This document shows positions 40,316 through 51,269 of a stretch of DNA of 64,000 nucleotides, piece after piece; the stretch's first letter is position 1; each line of letters starts with the position of its first letter. A model generated the notes under the pieces. The model was given only the letters and a program-made list of their open reading frames with translations, made no database searches and was not told where the DNA came from. Origin of the DNA: Macrostomum lignano (Eukaryota); NCBI GenBank assembly GCA_002269645.1, contig NIVC01000869.1:310001-374000 (forward strand), given 5' to 3'. The position numbers and the translations under genes are program-made.

Positions 40316-41850
40316 ATTTACGTTTTCAGTCTTAAATTATAGGGCTAAAAAATCGACTGTAGAGGGCTATTGGGAGGCGTAATCAAGCAGAGTTTGGCGA
40401 GGAAGAGCTAAAACCGAGGGCACACTGAACTCAAAAATTAGACTGAGGCAATGAAATAATAGAAGACTCGAAGCGGGCAACTCAACAGAAGCTAGAAGAC
40501 AAAAGCGCGGCAGCTAAAGGAAAGAACCGCAGCAAGCCCCAGTCCATTTCAGATCAAAGACGATGGCGAGGCAGCAAGGCAAAACAATCAAGCCTGAGTA
40601 ATCTAACCTCGCCACCGTATCAAACCGGTTGTCCAGTTATTAAAAACCGGAAAACGTGTCGCCCAAAGTGTTGCTGTAAACCCCTTAACTTAACTCGGAG
40701 TTAAGACAGGGCCAGGCGTGTCAGGACTCTTCTTTTACGACTTTCTAGAGTAATCGATTCAACACGTAGATAGACAGCGATCTCGATTGTAAGCCCTCAG
40801 AAATAAAGGTTTAACGCGATATTAGAGACAGCTAGGCTAAAGAGGAGGTAAAGAGAGACTTACATAAATAGCTGAGTTGCTGAGTTGAGTAGCTAAAAAT
40901 GTAAATGCAAAAATCTTCCCGTTCCTATTCCTACTTACAGTAGAGTACCTAGAATATAATAAGCGCGGGGAGATTTATCCAGATTGATTCCAGAAAAACA
41001 TTAAAATTAAACAACTGATCCTAATATTCGAATTTTTTTTCTCCATCAGTACTAAAATAATTATATTACCAAAGTTAGTCTAAAATTATTATCGATACAA
41101 TTTAAAAAATAGAAGGCATTAAAATCAATTTATAACTGATTTTAATTGTGTTTTATTTGTATCGCTAGTTGCTGTTGATGCCGAAGCATTAACAGTTAAG
41201 CTGTGCTTTTCAACTCACCAAAAACAGAACTGTAAATTCAAAGAATTCCAGCCATCCCGTCTAAAAGCCGTGGCGAGGGAGAAGGAGACGAAAGGACTGC
41301 TGAGCAGCGTGTCTGCTGAAATAGTGTATAGAAAGTGGCTTGTGTGTGCACACGAGAGGTTGCTGGACTCCGGGGTGGGTGTCGGCAATTCAGATTGGCG
41401 GACAGGGAGAAAGACAGAGAGGGAGAAAAGAGAGAGGCTTTAGTTTTCTGTACAAGTCCAAGGCTTGAACCCGGACAGGCTGTGCTGTGCTCCAAATTTC
41501 GTCTTTCCTGCCGCCCAATGTGTGACTCATAGAATTCTAGAATACCTAAGTGGAAGTGAAGGCTTTTTGTCAACCCTCCTCTCAGATTAGTTGGGGATTC
41601 TGGTTGGTCGATTATTCAGGACTGAGTAATGAGGCCGAGGGATTCAGTTAACATATGTGCGCAAAACTCCACCCACATTTTTTAAATTTGTCTATTAGGG
41701 CCAGAAGATAAGCGCGTTGCAACTTGCAATTGGTTCTCTGTTTTGCATGGGGTGACTGGACCCTAATAAAAATGTACATTTAACAAAGGTTCACTGGGCC
41801 ACAATGATTGCAAGTAACCTGCTAGAATTCTAAGAATAATTAATGACGTC

Positions 41851-44800
41851 AAACTGAGAATCATGGCGGCAAACTGAGAATCATGGCGGCAAACTGAGAA
41901 TCATGATGGTAAACTAAGAATCATGATAGCAAACTGAGAATCATGGCGGCAAACTGAGAATCATGGCGGTAAACTGAGAATCATGATGGTAACCTGAGAA
42001 TCATGATGGCAAACTGAGAATCATGATGCCAAACTGAGAATCATGGTGCAGCAAATGAGAATCATGGCGGCAAACTGAGAATCATGATGGTAAACTAAGA
42101 ATCATGATAGCAAACTAAGAATCATGGCGGCAAACTGAGAATAATGGCGGTAAACTGAGAATCATGATGGTAAACTGAGAATCATGATGGCAAACTGAGA
42201 ATCATGATGCCAAACTGAGAATCATGGTGCAGCAAATGAGAATCATGGCGGCAAACTGAGAATCATGGCGGTAAACTGAGAATCATGGCGGCAAACTGAG
42301 AATCATGGCGGCAAACTGAGAATCATGGCGGCAAACTGAGAATCATGGCGGTAAACTGAGAATCATGGCGGCAAACTGAGAATCATGATAGCAAACTTAG
42401 AATCATGGCGGCAAACTGAGAATCATGGCGGTAAACTGAGAATCATGATGGTAAACTGAGAATCATGATAGCAAACTGAGAATCATGGCGGTAAACTGAG
42501 AATCATGAAAGAAAACTGAGAATCATGATGGTAAACTGAGAATCATGGCGGCAAACTGAGAATCAAGATAGTAAACTGAGAATCATGATGCCAAACTGAG
42601 AATCATGATGGCAAACTGAGAATTATGATGGAAAACTGAGAATCATGGTGGCAAACTGAGAATCATGGCGGTAAACTGAGAATCATGGCGGTAAACTGAG
42701 AATCATGGCGGTAAACTGAGAATCATGATAGTAAACTGAGAATCATGATGCCAAACTGAGAATCATGGCGGCAAACTGAGAATCATGATGGTAAACTGGA
42801 GAATCATGATGGTAAACTGAGAATCATGGCGGCAAACTGAAAATGGTGGCAAACTGAGAATCATGGCAGCAAACAGAGAATCATGATGGTAAACTGAGAA
42901 TCATGATGCCAAACTGAGAATCATGGCGGTAAACTGAGAATCATGGCGGCAATCCGAAAATCATAATGGTAAACTGAGAATCATGGCGGCAAACTAATAA
43001 TCATGGCGGCAAACTGAGAATCATGAAAGCAAACTGAGAATCATGGTGCAGCAAATGAGAATCATGGCGGCAAACTGAGAATCATGGCGGAAAACTGAAA
43101 ATCATAGCGGAAAACTGAGAATCATGGCGGTAAACTGAGAATCATGATGGTAAACTGAGAATCATGATGCCAAACTAAGAATCATGGCGGCAAACTGAGA
43201 ATCATGGCGGCAAACTGAGAATCATGATGGTAAACTAAGAATCATGATGGTAAACTGAGAATCATGATAGCAAACTGAGAATCATGATAGCAAACTGAGA
43301 ATCATGGCGGCAAACTGAGAATCAAGGCGGTAAACTGAGAATCATGGCGGCAAACTAAGAATCATGGCGGCAAACTGAGAATCATGGCGGAAAACTGAGA
43401 ATCATGATGGTAAACTGAGAATCATGATAGCAAATTGAGAATCATGGCGGCAAACTGAGAATCATGATAGCAAACTGAGAATCATGGCGGCAAACTGAGA
43501 ATCATGATGGTAAACTGAGAATCATGGCGCAGAAATGAGAATCATGGCGCTGAAATGAGAATAATGGCGCAGAAATGAGAATAATGGCGCAGAAATGAGA
43601 ATCATGGCGCTGAAATGAGAATAATGGCGCAGAAATGAGAATCATGGCGCAGAAATGAGAATCATGGCGCAGAAATGAGAATCATGGCGCAGAAATGAGA
43701 ATCATGGCGCAGAAATGAGAATCATGGCGCTGAAATGAGAATAATGGCGCAGAAATAAGAATCATGGTGCTGAAATGAGAATAATGGCGCAGAAATGAGA
43801 ATCATGGCGCTGAAATGAGAATAATGGCGCAGAAATGAGAATCATGGCGCAGAAATGAGAATAATGGCGCAGAAATGAGAATCATGGCGCAGAAATGAGA
43901 ATAATGGCGCAGAAATGAGAATAATGGCGCAGAAATGAGAATCACGGCGCTGAAATGAGAATAATGGCGCAGAAATGAGAATCATGGCGCAGAAATGAGA
44001 ATAATGGTGCAGAAATGAGAATCATGGCGCAGAAATGAGAATAATGGCGCAGAAATGAGAATCATGGCGCAGAAATGAGAATAATGGCGCAGAAATGAGA
44101 ATCATGGCGCTTAAATGAGAATAATGGCGCAGAAATGAGAATAATGGCGCAGAAATGAGAATCATGGCGCTGAAATGAGAATAATGGCGCAGAAATGAGA
44201 ATCATGGCGCAGAAATGAGAATAATGGTGCAGAAATGAGAGTCATGGCGCAGAAATGAGAATAATGGCGCAGAAATGAGAATCATGGCGCAGAAATGAGA
44301 ATCATGGCGCAGAAATGAGAATAATGGCGCAGAAATGAGAATCATGGCGCAGAAATGAGAATCATGGCGCAGAAATGAGAATAATGGCGCAGAAATGAGA
44401 ATCATGGCGCTGAAATGAGAATAATGGCGCAGAAATGAGAATAATGGCGCAGAAATGAGAATCATGGCGCAGAAATGAGAATCATGGCGCAGAAATGAGA
44501 ATCATGGCGCAGAAATGAGAATCATGGCGCAGAAATGAGAATCATGGCGCAGAAATGAGAATCATGGCGCAGAAATGAGAATCATGGCGCAGAAATGAGA
44601 ATCATGGCGCTGAAATGAGAATCATGGCGCAGAAATGAGAATCATGGCGCAGAAATGAGAATAATGGCGCAGATATGAGAATAATGGCGCTGAAATGAGA
44701 ATAATGGCGCAGATATGAGAATAATGGCGCAGAAATGAGAATAATGGCGCAGAAATGAGAATCATGGCGCAGAAATGAGAATCATGGCGCAGAAATGAGA

Positions 44801-45843
44801 ATAATGGCGCAGAAATGAGAATCATGGCGCTGAAATGAGAATAATGGCGCAGAAATGAGAATCATGGCGCTGAAATGAGAATCATGGCGCAGAAATGAGA
44901 ATCATGGCGCAGAAATGAGAATCATGGCGCAGAAATGAGAATAATGGCGCAGAAATGAGAATCATGGCGCAGAAATGAGAATCATGGCGCAGAAATGAGA
45001 ATCATGGCGCAGAAATGAGAATCATGGCGCAGAAATGAGAATCATGGCGCAGAAATGAGAATCATGGCGCAGAAATGAGAATCATGGCGCAGAAATGAGA
45101 ATCATGGCGCAGAAATGAGAATCATGGCGCAGAAATGAGAATCATGGCGCAGAAATGAGAATCATGGCGCAGAAATGAGAATCATGGCGCAGAAATGAGA
45201 ATCATGGCGCAGAAATGAGAATCATGGCGCAGAAATGAGAATCATGGCGCTGAAATGAGAATCATGACGCAGAAATGAGAATAATGGCGCAGAAATGAGA
45301 ATCATGGCGCAGAAATGAGAATAATGGCGCAGAAATGAGAATCATGGCGCAGAAATGAGAATAATGGCGCAGAAATGAGAATATAGGCGCAGAAATGAGA
45401 ATAATGGCGCAGAAATGAGAATAATGGCGCAGAAATGAGAATCATGGCGCAGAAATGAGAATCATGGCGCAGAAATGAGAATAATGGCGCAGAAATGACA
45501 ATCATGGCGCAGAAATGAGAATCATGGCGCAGAAATGAGAATCATGGCGCAGAAATGAGAATCATGGCGCAGAAATGAGAATAATGGCGCAGAAATGAGA
45601 ATCATGGCGCAGAAATGAGAATAATGGCGCAGAAATGAGAATCATGGCGCAGAAATGAGAATCATGGCGCAGAAATGAGAATAATGCCGCAGAAATGAGA
45701 ATCATGGCGCAGAAATGAGAATAATGGCGCTGAAATGAGAATCATGGCGCAGAAATGAGAATAATGGCGCGGAAATGAGAATAATGGCGCAGAAATGAGA
45801 ATAATGGCGCAGAAATGAGAATCATGGCGCAGAAATGAGAAAT
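41851..45843. repeat. 20-bp satellite with two sub-domains
   Basis: AAACTGAGAATCATGRYGGY (41851-43520), then AGAAATGAGAATMATGGCGC (43521-45843). Confidence 0.98.
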
Positions 45844-46202
45844 AGCTCGTAAGAAACGAGCGAGATCAGAAGCAGGGGAGACAAAAGAAGAGGCAGCAGG
45901 AGCAGCACACGGTGTCAAAGGTGCGAAAGGAGCCAACAAGTAGCAATGAGTGAACTCAGCTGAAAGCAAGATGAGTGGCCATTTTCCTTTTAGCCTTTCT
46001 TAACTGCAGTGTAAAGCTCCAAAGATTTCTTTACTCCTGTTTAAACTTGAATCATTATGGTGGCCCTGCGAAATTTTGGCAGAATGAATAAAAGCATTAA
46101 AATTGCGGATGAATAACGTTTTATTTATTGTTAAGAATTTTATGGGCGCTGATAAGCAATTATTATCTTCACCAGGCTCTTCACCAATCAATCAATCAAT
46201 CA

Positions 46203-46471
46203 CTAAAGCTTGGACTCAGCGTGAATGGCCGGGACGGCATCGTCCTTGCTCTGGCCGAGCTGCACTGAGGCTGACAGTCTTGCCGGTGCACCTGCCGTTC
46301 ACCTTGGCGCCGCTGATGACATCGCAGTAGCTGCCGAATGCCAGTTCGGAGGTCGCCGCCCAGAGTGAAGGCCATAAAGCCGTACGGATGAGACAGGGCG
46401 AAGGCTGTCGAAGCTTTGTACATCTTCGAATGACGAAAGGTTAGGATGGCACCACCGCCTCCGTGACCTCG
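46203..46471 (-). pseudogene. amy: Collapsed alpha-amylase (GH13, animal type) remnant
   Basis: RGHGGGGAILTFRHSKMYKASTAFALSHPYGF, then GSYCDVISGAKVNGRCTGKTV, then AIHAESKL-stop. These are three non-adjacent conserved blocks of animal amylase joined by deletions and frameshifts. Confidence 0.88.
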
Positions 46472-46503
46472 CTTTAGGAATGTATGGCTGTTTTTGCGGC
46501 TAT

Positions 46504-46811
46504 TAGACATAATATACAGCGTAGTTAGATACTTGTGTAGCCCTGTTAGACACCATATACAGCATAGTTAGATACTTGTGTAGCCCTGTTAGACACAATA
46601 TACAGCATAGTTAGATACTTGTGTAGCCCTGTTAGACACCATATACAGCATAGTTAGATACTTGTGTAGCCCTGTTAGACACCATATACAGCGTAGTTAG
46701 ATACTTGTGTAGCCCTGTTAGACACCATATACAGCGTAGTTAGATACTTGTGTAGCCCTGTTAGACACCATATACAGCATAGTTAGATACTTGTGTAGCC
46801 CTGTTAGACAC
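46504..46811. repeat. 43-bp minisatellite x7
   Basis: TAGACACCATATACAGCATAGTTAGATACTTGTGTAGCCCTGT unit. Confidence 0.97.
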
Positions 46812-46910
46812 CTATTTAGCAGCTGTTAAATATTCATGTAGCTAATGTTAGATATTTATGTTAAATCCGTTTGACACAATCAGTAACTGATATTGTTTTA
46901 TAACAAAATA

Positions 46911-47110
46911 GTTTTTTGAGCACATTTCTGAGTATATATTTACGTAATTTAACACTGGTATCTCTTTATATCGAACTTTTTGACATTACCCGACTGCTTT
47001 GCCATTCGAAATGCCAAATATCATCATAATAAAATAAAATGACGCAATGTTAGCACGTGATCCATGAAAGGCATAGATATATAGATAGATAGATTTATCT
47101 ATGTATATAT
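46911..47110 (+). repeat. ~170-bp dispersed repeat leading into (GATA)n; second copy at 60066-60230
   Basis: TTTTTGAGCACATTTCTGAG...GATCCATGAAAGGCATAGATA is shared with few mismatches. Confidence 0.92.
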
Positions 47111-47112
47111 TA

Positions 47113-47323
47113 ACCTCTGTTGCTGGCGCCCCCTCTGTAGCTGGCGCCCCCTCTGTTGCTGGCGCCCCCTCTGTAGCTGGCGCCCCCTCTGTAGCTGGCG
47201 CCCCCTCTGTAGCTGGCGCCCCCTCTGTAGTTGGCGCCCCCTCTGTAGCTGGCGCCCCCTCTGTAGCTGGCGCCCCCTCTGTAGCTGGCGCCCCCTCTGT
47301 AGTTGGCGCCCCCCTCTGTAGCT
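47113..47323 (-). repeat. 18-bp minisatellite (GAGGGGGCGCCAGCTACA on -), ~12 copies
   Basis: Same unit as 57743-58090 in the opposite orientation. Confidence 0.95.
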
Positions 47324-48084
47324 GACAACCTCGCGCTGCTGTCATTGTCGGCTGAAGGCGCTCAGAGGCTGCTGGATGGCCTGACGGCAGCAGCATCGCG
47401 AGTCGGCCTCATGCTGAAAGCGCGGAAGACGGCAGTCTTCACGGTGCCCTCCGACCTGCCTGCCGAGATCAACTACCGAGACGCTGCCGGGGAGGCAATC
47501 ATGCTTACCCGTTGCCTCGGTGGCCTCGTGCCGGACGTTGCCGACGACCTGGTGAGACGACGAGGCCTGGGCTGCATTTCATTGCGCTCCGTGTGCTCCA
47601 TTCTGAGGCCCTGGATGACGGGCTCAAGGCTCGGCTGTTTCAGGCAGTCGTTGAGACTGTTCTTGTACAACGCCGAGACCTGGACCCTGACGGACGGTTT
47701 AGAGAGGCAGCTGGACGCTGCACATGCGGCCATGCTGTGTGCGGCGTTCTGAGTGCGCAGCGGTCCAAGCAGCGAGACCAGTGCCGCGCTCTACACGAGG
47801 GCACGCCTGATGCGGCCTTCTGACCTGCTGCGTGGGCGACGACTTCGACTGGCTGGCCACGTCATCCGGTCGGAGGCTCGCTGCCCTGAGGTGCTGCTGC
47901 TCAAACTGCAGGGACAGCGCACGCGAGGCCAAGGGCGAACTGCGAGATACCCTGACAGGCGTTTGACCGATGCTGGCACCCGGACCAAGCTGGGGGTGTG
48001 AATTTCTGAGGGCGTTGGCCCAGAGACGCGCTATCTGACTTCTCCCCCGTTTCTGGACACTTCGTGTCTGGCGGGTGAAGTACT

Positions 48085-48132
<48 letters not shown>

Positions 48133-48152
48133 TTGTTGTTGTTGTTGTTGTT
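47320..48152 (+). mobile_element. RTE-clade LINE 3' fragment with (TTG)n tail
   Basis: ADNLALLSLSAEGAQRLLDGL, ARKT, LYNAETWTLT, RRLRLAGHVIR; tail at 48086-48152; same family type as 20600-22668. Confidence 0.88.
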
Positions 48153-48859
48153 GAATGAGAATTCGTGAGCATTCATGAGCATTGAGCATTCATGAACACT
48201 CATACTACTCCGCGCTTGGCTTGCTTCTGCTTGGTTCTATAGTAGCCCTTGGGGTCACATGAGTGCTGTGTTGCCTGCCTGCCTCCCTCATATATGGTAT
48301 GCTGCAGAAGCTGAGACATCCCCCTACCAAGCCCCAAGCGTAAGGGTTGGCAGCAGCGGCAGCAGCAGTTTATAAAATGCATCAATTGACAATGGAATGA
48401 TGGAAAAATTCACAGTCTGCAAATGACAGGCACAGCCTCTTTTGTTAATAGCATAGTAGTATTCTCATCCCTCTCATCGCCTCTTTAATTTTGCAGCTTC
48501 AAACTGCCGCCCGCATGGGGTGGAAGACGAACAGCACTATGCACGGACTTCTCGATTTCATTTGTCTGGAAACAGAAATGATGAGTCAGGTCAGAGCTCA
48601 TAGTCTTAGACTAGCAATCTAGTGCGGCCTTTCGGGGCGCGCAATTAGCAAGGAGCTAAAATTATTCATGGAAAACAATTAAAAAAGCACATTTACTTAA
48701 GAACCAATTCTTTCTTCAGTTTTATAAATCATCTAATTCGAGTACAATTGTCACGGACAAATACGTTTACTATGGATCTCTTTCTTTTTTATGAAATTAC
48801 CAGAAAGACAATAAAATAAAGTTTTCACAAAGATAACAGACATTCCCCCTAAATAGAAA

Positions 48860-49095
48860 ACATCCGCCAGATAGCAAGCATCCTCCCAGATAGCAAGCAT
48901 CCTGCAGATAGCAAGAATCCCCAAATAGCAAGCATCCCTGGACAGAAAGAATCCCATACATGTAGCCAGTACCCCCTCTCCCAAATAGCAAGTACCTCCT
49001 CCTCCTCGAGAGCAAGCATTCCCCGATAGTAAGCACCCCTTCAGATACAATAGCAAGCATCCCCACGGATAGCAAGCATCCACCAGACAGCAAGT
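48860..49095 (-). repeat. Short degenerate copy of the 18/19-bp GATGCTTGCT satellite
   Basis: GATAGCAAGCATCC units, reverse complement of the 24-33 kb array. Confidence 0.85.
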
Positions 49096-49751
49096 AGCTA
49101 GTGCAAATATTTCCTCCGCTAATGCAATAATCGCTTTCTCAGGTTGTACAATAATGCATGCCTCAGCTAGCGCAATAATCTCTTTTTATTCCAGCGCAAT
49201 AATCCGCTTCTCAGCTACTGCAACAATCCTTTACTCATCAAGTGCAAAATCGATGTCTCAGCTAGTGCATTAGTCCATTGCTGGGGCTGTTGCCCCCAGG
49301 ACCCCGGGTCCTGCACGCAATGGCGTGGTGAACTATCTGTGCAGTATGAGACTGGTATGGCCCGTATCCCAGCCAGCGATGCTCACACCTGCCTCCCCTG
49401 GCGGGCTGATAGCTCAAGAGTCTCCTGATTTTCACCTTGCAAGGCGCACTTCGAAGGGTACTCGTCCCGTGGGTGTTAAGGCAGGCTTTATTGGGCCTTG
49501 CCGAGCTGATTCGTTGGCACAGGGTCCTGGTGTGACCATATAAACGCACCCTCTAATGTCCCAGTGTAACTCCGTGTTGATGGACGCTTGGCCAGGGAGT
49601 AGTCTGGTCGCTAACGGTTCCCCTTGCGCTTTTGGGTCTTCCCGCAGGGTGGTATTTTGCTTTTTGGGGGCCTGCCGCTATGTTTGGGGTTGCGGCCTTG
49701 CGGCTCTTTGCCTGTGTTCTGCAGGAAGTCCCACCTTTTTACTCCCAGCCA

Positions 49752-51269
49752 ATGGCTTCTAACCGAAATAACCAACCGGCTGTGGATGACACAGTGCCTC
49801 CGGCCTCGGCTGGGGCCGTGGACTCCGCGGCCATACCACCTGCTACCATCGGGGACGCCTCGGCGAGACCCGTGGAGCCAACTCTGAGCGGTGCCTCCGA
49901 GAAGACACCTGCTACTCCAGCTGCCAAGCTGAGCAACACCTCTGGAGCTGCCCGCCGTCGACTTAACAAGGCGAGGCGGGCCAAGGAGGGCGGAAGCCTA
50001 ACCGGCGCCAGAGGCCAACGGCCCGCGGCAGCGGAAGCCTCCCAATCTGGGGCGGTGGCGGAAGAGGGCCTCGAGCCCACTGAAGTCCCTGCCCAGGATA
50101 GGGAGGCCGATGCAGCCGGGAGGGTGGACAGCCCACCTGAAGAATGCTCCACCGACCCCCAGGCCTCCTACGCTGATGCGGCAAAGAGGCAACCGGCGAT
50201 CGTCATTCTGGGGAAGGACGCGCGCCTGTCTCCCGACCAGCTGAAGCAGGTGAGAGGTGCCGTTGATGGCCTCCTGTGGAAGCAAACTCTGAAGGGCACG
50301 CCTCTGAACATTCATTCAAATGCGACGAGAGACTCGTGCCTTCTCATTTGGCCCAGTGATGCTGACTCGGGTCGGCGGCTTCTTGAGCTGCTGCCCGAGC
50401 AGAGCTGGGACCTCAATTTAGCCTTCTGCAGAGAGGACGAACGCTTCCGGACCAAGAGGCATCGAATCTGGGTTCCGGCCAGGAGCGTCGTTACCTCTGC
50501 TGACGAGCTCCGGAAAGGACTGCTTGCAGTCAACCAAGAGCTTCCCGCCGCGGGCCTAGTGGTGCATGACACCCTTAGGCGCACCGACGGCACTGGCTTC
50601 ACAGCCATCCTGGGGCTGTCGGACGCCTGGATGAGGCGCTATCCGCACGGCAGCTTCATCAACGTCGGTCTTTGGAAGCTGCGCATCCGCTCCTACGAGG
50701 CCGACCCTCCCCGTGGCAGTGAGCAGGGCGGGCGGAATGCCGAAGCAGCTGGGGCCGAGGCGCGAGCTTCTGCTCCGGCTGCCAAAGCAAACCGCCCCGC
50801 CCGGCAGCACGGCTGTGCGGATAAAGCCGAGCGCGCTGCTGAGGGCGGAGGCGACCTACGCCCGGCGCGCAGCACCAAGCGGCGCGGCCTGTACCAGCGC
50901 GCAGCTGAAGCGGTCCGCACCGCCAAAATCACCCAGCTGAGGCGAGAGGTCGCCGGGACGCCTAGGCGCACCAGTTCGTCCAGGGAGGGTGGGGACGTCC
51001 CAGCTGGGCCCAACCCCTCGGGGCAGGGCCGACTGGAGACGGACCCGCCTGCCCAGGCGGCTGGCTGCTCCAGGGCATTGGGCCAGTCTGAAGCGGAGGA
51101 CCCCGTGGCCGGTGGGCGAAGGGCGGCGAACGCTGCCTATTGCCTTACGACCAATCGGGGGCCTTTTGCTGAAGAGGAGCCCATGGACACCGGCGACCCC
51201 GACCCGAAGCTGGTGAGCGCCGAGGAGGAGGAGGAACTCCTGGCGGCTGCAACATCCGATCTGCACTGA
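49752..51269 (+). CDS. LINE ORF1 (intact, ~505 aa)
   Basis: Open frame from ATG 49752 with low-complexity termini and a core homologous to ORF1 of the 701-4850 element; stop overlaps the ORF2 start (TGATG). Confidence 0.88.
   Translation: MASNRNNQPAVDDTVPPASAGAVDSAAIPPATIGDASARPVEPTLSGASEKTPATPAAKLSNTSGAARRRLNKARRAKEGGSLTGARGQRPAAAEASQSGAVAEEGLEPTEVPAQDREADAAGRVDSPPEECSTDPQASYADAAKRQPAIVILGKDARLSPDQLKQVRGAVDGLLWKQTLKGTPLNIHSNATRDSCLLIWPSDADSGRRLLELLPEQSWDLNLAFCREDERFRTKRHRIWVPARSVVTSADELRKGLLAVNQELPAAGLVVHDTLRRTDGTGFTAILGLSDAWMRRYPHGSFINVGLWKLRIRSYEADPPRGSEQGGRNAEAAGAEARASAPAAKANRPARQHGCADKAERAAEGGGDLRPARSTKRRGLYQRAAEAVRTAKITQLRREVAGTPRRTSSSREGGDVPAGPNPSGQGRLETDPPAQAAGCSRALGQSEAEDPVAGGRRAANAAYCLTTNRGPFAEEEPMDTGDPDPKLVSAEEEEELLAAATSDLH

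Noticed and set aside
34387-46811. Regular repeats as CRISPR arrays
   Set aside because: Head-to-tail units without unique spacers, no cas genes, eukaryotic context.
49380-49490. Canonical HDV-like ribozyme in the LINE 5'UTR
   Set aside because: The candidate P2 strand is about 60 nt from the P3-like hairpin, and there is no P4 or catalytic-C J4/2; kept only as an unassigned conserved structure.
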